In this document: piece by piece, positions 57,176 through 64,000 of the stretch
Layout of the letters: every line of letters starts with the position of its first letter
Position numbering within the stretch: the stretch's first letter is position 1
Assembly (NCBI GenBank): GCA_965116875.1
Contig: OZ220733.1
Span: forward strand, 3,360,001 to 3,424,000
DNA length: 64,000 bases
Direction of reading: 5' to 3'
From: Candidatus Latescibacterota bacterium
GTDB lineage: Bacteria > Latescibacterota > UBA2968 > GCA-2709665
Notes under the pieces: generated by a model
What the model saw: the letters and a program-made list of their open reading frames with translations, nothing else
Told to the model about the DNA's origin: nothing
Databases searched by the model: none
Translations under genes and position numbers: made by a program

Positions 57176-58210
57176 ATGGCGAGATTCGCACGGGCCGGGG
57201 ACGTAAAGACAGGGGTGGTCGGATACGGCGCGGCCTTCGATATGGGTCCGCGCCACCTGTCGGATATGCGGAAGGCGGGGATGACGCCCTGCGCGGTCGC
57301 GGAGACGGATCCGGAACGGCTGGACGCGGCGGGTCAGGATTTCCCCGGTATCGAATTGTATCCGACCGTCGGGGAGATGTTGAATACGTCGGCCGTGAAT
57401 CTGGTGGTGTTGATTACGCCGCACAATACCCACGCGGATCTGGCCCTGCAGTGCCTCCGTGGGGGACGCCACGTCATCAGCGAAAAGCCTATCGCCATTA
57501 CGACAGAAGAATGCGACGCCATGATTCGCGAAGCCGCTTCGCGGGACCTGCTGGTCACCGCGTACCATAACCGGCATTGGGACGGCTGTGTCCTGGAAGC
57601 GTTGAAGCATCTTCACGAGGAGAGGGCGATCGGCGAGATCTACCGCATCGACGCCCGGATCGGCGGATACGGTCATCCGGGGGACTGGTGGCGGAGCAGC
57701 CGGTCGATTTCCGGGGGCGTCATGTACGATTGGGGGGTACACCTGCTGGAGTACGGGCTCCAGATTATCCCCTCGGATATCGTCGAGGTCTCCGGGTTCG
57801 CAAAGACGGGCTTCTGGGCCGGCGAAACGCCGTGGAAAGACGATACGAACGAAGACGTGGCGTGCGCGGTGGTCCGGTTCGAAAACGGCGCGTGGCTGAG
57901 CCTGACGGTTTCCTCGCTCGAGAGCAATCCCAGACAGGGGCAACTGGAGATCTCGGGTACGGAAGGCAGTTATGTCTTCGACGGACGCAGCTACGAATTG
58001 ATCCGGCAGCAGGGAGACGATAAGGTGGTGACGAAGGGCGCCAACATGCCCAGTCGCTGGGAGGCGTTCTACGACAATATCGCCCGGCACCTGAGTGAAG
58101 ATGAAACCCTGGTGATTACGCCCGAATGGGCCAGGCGCCCGATCCACGTACTGGACCTCGCCGCGAAGAGCGCGAAACAGGGACAGGCGATGAAGGCCCG
58201 GTATAGATAG
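57176..58210 (+). CDS. Gfo/Idh/MocA oxidoreductase
   Basis: VVGYG, TPHNTH, EKP, HNRHWD and YDWGVH motifs. Confidence 0.93.
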   Translation: MARFARAGDVKTGVVGYGAAFDMGPRHLSDMRKAGMTPCAVAETDPERLDAAGQDFPGIELYPTVGEMLNTSAVNLVVLITPHNTHADLALQCLRGGRHVISEKPIAITTEECDAMIREAASRDLLVTAYHNRHWDGCVLEALKHLHEERAIGEIYRIDARIGGYGHPGDWWRSSRSISGGVMYDWGVHLLEYGLQIIPSDIVEVSGFAKTGFWAGETPWKDDTNEDVACAVVRFENGAWLSLTVSSLESNPRQGQLEISGTEGSYVFDGRSYELIRQQGDDKVVTKGANMPSRWEAFYDNIARHLSEDETLVITPEWARRPIHVLDLAAKSAKQGQAMKARYR

Positions 58211-58220
58211 GGGACCCGCG

Positions 58221-59543
58221 ATGAAGAAGGATACCCGGAACTCGTTCTGCACCGTCCCGTCGGTGCACCCGCCGCCCGACGTGACCCGCATGCAGGGTTA
58301 TGCCTCGCGACTGAGCGCATCGCCGGACGACAATATCGCGTTTCGGATGACCACGAATGCGCACACGTACGACGTGGCGTTCAAGCGTGTGGGCAAGACC
58401 GCTGTGGAGATCGGTGAGTTGAAGGGGATGCACGGAAGGATGCAAGCCTGTCCCGAGAGAGCGTGGGAAAACGGCTGCGACTGGGAGTCCGACTTTTTCT
58501 GGATTGTTCCGGAAGAAACCCGTTCCTGGATCTATACGGCGGAGTTTACGGATGAAAACGGCGTGAGGTTTCACGTACCGTTCGTCGTCAAACCCTATTT
58601 CCACCGGAAGGGTGACGTCGCGGTGCTTGCCTCCACGAATACGTGGAACGCATACAACGGATGGGGGGGCAAATCGGCCTACAGCGAGCCACAGCCCGTG
58701 ACGCTGAGCCTGGATCGTCCCATGCCCTCCGCGACCCCGGAAGGCGAGGGCAGAAGCCACCTGCTGAGGGCCGAGATGTGGATCCTGGACTGGATGGAGG
58801 CGTGCGGTTACGCGGTGGACGTCTATTCGGACCTCGATCTGCATCGGGGATGGGACTGGCTTGCCGATTACAGGGCTCTGGTGATCAATACGCACAGCGA
58901 ATACTGGTCCGGGCCGATGCGGGACCATCTGGATGCCTTTCTGGACTCGGGAGGGAGTCTGCTCTATCTGTCGGGAAACGGGGTTTACTGGAAGGTGACG
59001 TGGGATTCGACCTGCCGCATCATGGAAGTCCGCAAGGACGGGAAGCCGCATTACCAGAACGGCGAAGAGGGCGGGCTCTGGCGAAACCTGGGCCAGCCCG
59101 AGCACGCGGCGCTGGGTGTGGGCTATGTACGACCGGGATATATGACGTTTGCGCCCTATAAGGTCGAATCGGCCTCGCACTGGGTTTTCGAGGGTCTGGG
59201 ACTCGAGACCGGCGATCTGATCGGCCGGGAAGGCATCAACGGCGGCGCGGCAAGCGGTTGGGAGGCGGACCAGGTGCGGGAAGACTGGTCTCCCGAGAAT
59301 GTCACCGTGCTGGCGCGGGGAATCAACCCGCTGGACTTCATGGGTCCGGGAAAGACCGCGGTCTACCCGGACGAAAGATACGATTGGGATGGATCGGGCG
59401 GCGCTCACATGACGTATTACGACCATCCGGGCGGTGGCGGTGTCTTCTCGGTGGGGTCCATCGCCTTTGGAGGCAGCCTGGTCGTCGATCCGATTCTGCA
59501 GAGGACCGTGAGAAACGTGCTCGACCGGTTTCTCAGCCCATAA
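58221..59543 (+). CDS. N,N-dimethylformamidase beta-subunit family protein
   Basis: TNTWNAYN.WGG, HSEYWS, LSGNG.YW and GGGVFSVGS motifs. Confidence 0.85.
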   Translation: MKKDTRNSFCTVPSVHPPPDVTRMQGYASRLSASPDDNIAFRMTTNAHTYDVAFKRVGKTAVEIGELKGMHGRMQACPERAWENGCDWESDFFWIVPEETRSWIYTAEFTDENGVRFHVPFVVKPYFHRKGDVAVLASTNTWNAYNGWGGKSAYSEPQPVTLSLDRPMPSATPEGEGRSHLLRAEMWILDWMEACGYAVDVYSDLDLHRGWDWLADYRALVINTHSEYWSGPMRDHLDAFLDSGGSLLYLSGNGVYWKVTWDSTCRIMEVRKDGKPHYQNGEEGGLWRNLGQPEHAALGVGYVRPGYMTFAPYKVESASHWVFEGLGLETGDLIGREGINGGAASGWEADQVREDWSPENVTVLARGINPLDFMGPGKTAVYPDERYDWDGSGGAHMTYYDHPGGGGVFSVGSIAFGGSLVVDPILQRTVRNVLDRFLSP

Positions 59544-59554
59544 AAGGCGGGTCA

Positions 59555-60442
59555 ATGGAGGACGCAAAGATGACGGCGCGATACGATCTTCATCTGCACA
59601 CGTATTGGAGCTACGATGCCCTGGCGAGGCCGGAGAGCCATTTCAGACGCGCCAGGGAACTCGGGGTGGATTGCTTCACCATAACGGACCACCACGTGCT
59701 GGACTCGCTGCCGGAGGTGCTGGAGATCACTTCGGGCTATCCGGAGATACGGGTCGTACCCTCGGCTGAACTGACCATGACCACGTCGATCGGGTCTGTG
59801 GACCTGCTGTGCTATGGCTTTCCCGCGGAACTGCCCGCGTCGATGGTTCAGGTACTCGAGGCGTATCACGACTGGCAGCGGGACTACGGTTCGGCGATAT
59901 CGGCCGGTCTGCAGGCGATCGGACTGGATTTCTCCGATGCCGACCGGCTCGATCTGTTGAACTCGTACAGACCGTCGAAGACGATCGAGGTACAGGGAAA
60001 TACGCACGTCAAGGGCGGCGTCATCCAGCGGTACTGCGTGGAGCGGGGGTTTATCGACAGCATCGAGGACTATGGGGACCTGATGGCCAGCGCCGGCGCG
60101 GCGATCCGGTTTCCGCCGTACCCACACGTGAAGGATGCGATGCCGGCCGTCAAGGAGGCGGGCGCGCTGGTGGCGATCGCGCACCCGTTCGGCTATTTCA
60201 GGGAAGACGACGTGGAACGGATGGATGCGCTCCGCGTGGAATGTTCGCTGGACGGGATCGAGTGCGCCCACCCCAGCGTGCCGCCGGAGTTTACGGCGAA
60301 ATACCGGGAATATTGCGAACGCCACGGGATGTTCTCCACAGGCGGGTCCGATTGTCATACCGATGAGGACGTGGAGAAGGGTTTCGCCGGCCACGGAGGC
60401 CCGGATGAATGGCTGGACGAGTTTCTGAATCGGCTGGATTGA
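59555..60442 (+). CDS. PHP-domain protein
   Basis: DLHLHT..S.D, ITDH, AHP and GGSDCH motifs. Confidence 0.9.
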   Translation: MEDAKMTARYDLHLHTYWSYDALARPESHFRRARELGVDCFTITDHHVLDSLPEVLEITSGYPEIRVVPSAELTMTTSIGSVDLLCYGFPAELPASMVQVLEAYHDWQRDYGSAISAGLQAIGLDFSDADRLDLLNSYRPSKTIEVQGNTHVKGGVIQRYCVERGFIDSIEDYGDLMASAGAAIRFPPYPHVKDAMPAVKEAGALVAIAHPFGYFREDDVERMDALRVECSLDGIECAHPSVPPEFTAKYREYCERHGMFSTGGSDCHTDEDVEKGFAGHGGPDEWLDEFLNRLD

Positions 60443-60872
60443 GATGTCGTGTTGGCAGGAATGAAAAAGGGTCCGTTGTTAACACGTAGAAACCGCGAGC
60501 GCTTAATCGTAGCAATTTCCTCCCCTGTTACAGCGGAGTACGTTGTTACTTGCAAGTTGCTCCTAATAACAATCGCCCCGTCGCAGCCATTCAACGCTTC
60601 GACAACCTCACACGACGATGTAACGCATCGACCTTTTCTGGCATACCTCCAAAGTCAGGTGTTGTCGGCACCCCGCTACGGTTCCTTCAAAAACGACAGC
60701 TGCCGCGCAGTGAGCACGGCAGCTTTTCCTCATAAACAATGAACAACGGACGCCCTGGTTCATTCTATAAATTGCGACAAATTTGCTCCAGGATCCCGTT
60801 TTATCCCAACTGGCCTCAAATGGACAATCGGTCGCCAATAGGAGAAATTTTAATTGATGGCCTGTTTGCGCC

Positions 60873-61340
60873 TCAATCGGTTTTGTCTTCATCGAGCAAT
60901 AGAGATGAACCTGTGATCTGCGCCTCTTCACCGATAGGCAAATCAAACATGACTTCGTAACCTTCCTTGATTGAGATGCTTGACCATGCACCTATCTGGC
61001 TGCCGTTCGCCGTTGCTCTAATAAGATAACGACCTGATACATTGTTGCCTGACGCAACCTCTATACGCGCTTGACCGTTTTCATCGGTGGTTGCGGACCA
61101 TACATTATTGACGGCTTGCGTTGCTGCAGTACGGGAGAGTTCTATTCTTGTACTGCCCACCGGAATGTCGCGTTTTCGCACTGTAACGACCGCGATACCC
61201 CGTGGGGTGCTCTTGCTTTCCTGCATTGAGTTTACGTTTCTCCTGGTTATCTCTGGTTGCATCCAGGTACAGGATCCCTGACAAGAACCCAGCGATAACA
61301 TGATCAGGAGTGCTATTATTCTTCGTATATTCGTGAACAT
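60873..61340 (-). CDS. Hypothetical lipoprotein with beta-sandwich-like domain
   Basis: Signal peptide with LGSC lipobox; ATTDENGQA motif; GAGGAG RBS; lower-GC region. Confidence 0.6.
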   Translation of the reverse strand: MFTNIRRIIALLIMLSLGSCQGSCTWMQPEITRRNVNSMQESKSTPRGIAVVTVRKRDIPVGSTRIELSRTAATQAVNNVWSATTDENGQARIEVASGNNVSGRYLIRATANGSQIGAWSSISIKEGYEVMFDLPIGEEAQITGSSLLLDEDKTD

Positions 61341-62124
61341 TTTAACTCTCCTCAGAAGTAGACAAACCCACGATTGATACAGGTGGCGACTTTAGATGGG
61401 ATTATTCCAGAAAGCAGAACACTTTGCTAGCGTTTGAGTCACGTCAAACTGCCACTTGGGGAGGCTGACTGTCAACAATGAGAAAGTGAATGCATTGTGC
61501 TGTCAGTACTTCCAAATTGTTCGCCCGAAATTGACCGCGAGGCCATCGAATCCGTGTCGGAATTCTCCCGAATTATCCCTCTCCGAATCTCGGCGGCTCA
61601 CCGCATCGAAACTCACACAGCGGAAAATACAGGTTGAATCATGCGCGGCATCGAAACCCATCAACAAAAAACGCCTCAGAGAGCCTGCTGGAATTGTCTA
61701 CCCTGATTGAAATGGGTCACCAGGAATGTTTTGGATGAACTCGTTGGCCTTAACAAATATATCACCCCAAACTCAAAAAGATCAAGTCCTTAGTTTTGTT
61801 CTATCGTCCGAAATTTGTCCCAGAGTCCATAATGTCTGCTCAGAGTGTGATTACATAACAATCAGAATCTCCGGTCGCCGCGAATTCCGCTGTTGGTACA
61901 TCAGCATCTTTAACTCCATTTCTTCCGGATCCAGTACCTCGCGCAGGGGTACGGCACAGGTTGTCCTCTTTCCGGATACCAACCTCGATTCCGCATGTCC
62001 TGGCTTTTTTCGCTGAAATCCGGCCGGAAGTCCAACGGCGAATCGATGTTGAATGTCGAAGATACGTGAAGTCACAGGATGCGAGCAGTGCAGGAGCCCA
62101 ACGGATCGAACGTAATGCCGGGGA

Positions 62125-63768
62125 GTGCAATTGCCAATGAAAGCCTCCGATTTGTTTGTAAGAGCCCTTGAGGCAGAGGGCGTGGAATACATCTTCGCCA
62201 TCCCCGGCGAGGAGAACCTGGACCTGCTCGAGTCATTGCGCGAGTCGAGTATCCGCGTCATCGTCAACCGGCACGAACAGGCGGCGGGCTTCATGGCCGC
62301 CACGTACGGGCGTCTCACCGGCAAGACCGGGGTGTGCCTGTCCACTCTCGGGCCCGGGGCCACGAATTTCGTCACGGCGGCGGCGTACGCGCAACTGGGC
62401 GGCATGCCGCTGCTGATGATCACCGGGCAGAAGCCCATCAAGTCGAGCAAGCAGGGCCATTTCCAGATCGTAGACGTGGTTGAGATGATGCGGCCGCTGA
62501 CGAAGTACACCACCCGCATCGTCAGCGGCGCGACCATTCCGCCCCGGGTGCGGGAGGCGTTCCGCGTGGCGGAGGAGGAGCGGCCGGGAGCCGTACACCT
62601 GGAGTTGCCCGAAGACATCGCCGCGGAAGAGGCAGTGGCGCACCTCTATCCCGGGGATCGGGTGCGGCGACCGGTAGCGGAGGACAAGGCGGTCGCACGG
62701 GCCGTAGCGATGATTGAGGATGCTTGCCGGCCCCTTCTGCTGGTGGGGGCGGGCGCCAATCGCAAGCGCACGTCCAATATGCTGGTCCGGTTCATCGACA
62801 AAACGGGCATACCCTGGTTCAACACGCAGATGGGCAAGGGCGTTGTGGATGAACGCCATCCGCTGTACCTGGGGAACGCGGCCCTGTCTTCCGGCGACGC
62901 CATCCACTGCGCCATCGAGCGGGCCGACCTGATCATCAACGTGGGACACGACGTGGTTGAAAAGCCGCCCTTCCTGATGCAGGACGGCGGCCTGAATGTC
63001 ATCCACGTCAACTTTTCCTCGGCCGAGGTGGATCCCGTCTATTTCCCGCAACTCGAGGTGATCGGCGACATCGGCAACAGCCTCTGGCAGATCTACCGGA
63101 AGATCGAGCGCCAGCCCCACTGGTCGTTCGACTATTTCCTCAGGGTGAAGGCGTGGGCAGACGCGAAGCTGGCCGTCGGCGATGACGACGACCGTTTTCC
63201 GGTGCTCCCGCAGCGGTTGGTGGCCGACGTGAGGCGCGTGATGCCGGACGACGGCCTGATTGCCCTGGATAACGGTGTCTACAAGATTTGGTTCGCGCTT
63301 AACTATCGCGCCCACCAGCCGAATACGGTGTTGCTGGACAACGCCCTGGCAACCATGGGCGCGGGTCTGCCTTCCGCCATGGCGGCCAGCCTGCTGTACC
63401 CGGACCGCGACGTGGTGGCAATCTGCGGCGATGGCGGCTTCATGATGAATTCGCAGGAGCTGGAGACCGCCGTCCGGCTGGGCCTGAAACTTGTGACGCT
63501 GGTGCTGCGGGATAACGCCTACGGCATGATCAAGTGGAAGCAGGCCGATATGGGGCTGCCGGATTTCGGGCTGGATTACGGGAATCCGGATTTCGTGCGC
63601 TATGCCGAGAGCTACGGCGCCGCGGGGCACCGGCTGGAACGGACGGACGCGTTGGCCGGATTGCTGAAGCGTTGCCTCAAAGAAGGCGGCGTTCACCTGA
63701 TCGAGGTGCCGGTGGACTATTCGGGAAACCACAAGCTGCTGGATGGACAGTTGGTGTGTCCGTTGTAG
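62125..63768 (+). CDS. Acetolactate synthase large subunit-like ThDP enzyme
   Basis: PGEENL, RHEQAA, GPGATN, MGAGLP and GDGGF..N motifs. Confidence 0.93.
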   Translation: MQLPMKASDLFVRALEAEGVEYIFAIPGEENLDLLESLRESSIRVIVNRHEQAAGFMAATYGRLTGKTGVCLSTLGPGATNFVTAAAYAQLGGMPLLMITGQKPIKSSKQGHFQIVDVVEMMRPLTKYTTRIVSGATIPPRVREAFRVAEEERPGAVHLELPEDIAAEEAVAHLYPGDRVRRPVAEDKAVARAVAMIEDACRPLLLVGAGANRKRTSNMLVRFIDKTGIPWFNTQMGKGVVDERHPLYLGNAALSSGDAIHCAIERADLIINVGHDVVEKPPFLMQDGGLNVIHVNFSSAEVDPVYFPQLEVIGDIGNSLWQIYRKIERQPHWSFDYFLRVKAWADAKLAVGDDDDRFPVLPQRLVADVRRVMPDDGLIALDNGVYKIWFALNYRAHQPNTVLLDNALATMGAGLPSAMAASLLYPDRDVVAICGDGGFMMNSQELETAVRLGLKLVTLVLRDNAYGMIKWKQADMGLPDFGLDYGNPDFVRYAESYGAAGHRLERTDALAGLLKRCLKEGGVHLIEVPVDYSGNHKLLDGQLVCPL

Positions 63769-63782
63769 GTAGGACCGGCAGA

Positions 63783-63963
63783 CGGGCGACCACAAGGGTC
63801 GCCCCTGCAGATGGAATATCGGCGCGTGGAACATAAGCGCCTGGTTTGGTGATGGCAGCGCGGTCTTCTCGATTTCCAGGATCGAGGGCATCCTGCCCTC
63901 GTTGGCCGTTTCGCGAACGTGTTGGCTACCGTCAGGCGGGCGACCACAAGGGTCGCCCCTACA
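63783..63963. repeat. GTAG-type REP cluster
   Basis: cgggcgaccacaagggtcgcccct(g/a)ca at 63783-63809 and 63937-63963, enclosing a REP of the 15511 family. Confidence 0.85.
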
Positions 63964-64000
63964 TAGGAAATAAAGGTGCAAGGTTCCGGGATGGCAGCGT

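Overview
GC-rich bacterial chromosomal window, mostly catabolic, transport and housekeeping genes (TonB receptor and TonB, Lhr helicase, ABC-F, ECF sigma fusion, thiolase/DUF35/acyl-CoA ligases, proA, M16 peptidase, acetolactate synthase), with one intact toxin-antitoxin pair, one eroded pair and many REP-like palindromes. The main feature is three near-identical 1580-bp IS110-family elements of the IS1111 type (22705-24284, 31301-32880, 55450-57029). Each has a DEDD recombinase, 12-bp sub-terminal inverted repeats, a CT core and a ~410-nt structured non-coding region downstream of the gene. All three sit at the same nucleotide (CTACCGT-CT-TCCCTCT) of a ~130-bp nested-hairpin chromosomal repeat. 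The non-coding region visibly encodes that target in a bridge-RNA-like internal loop, plus a candidate donor loop and an extra duplicated loop module that I cannot explain, containing a 41-bp palindrome with a compensatory change between copies. Functional calls come from motif recognition by eye; no database searches were run.
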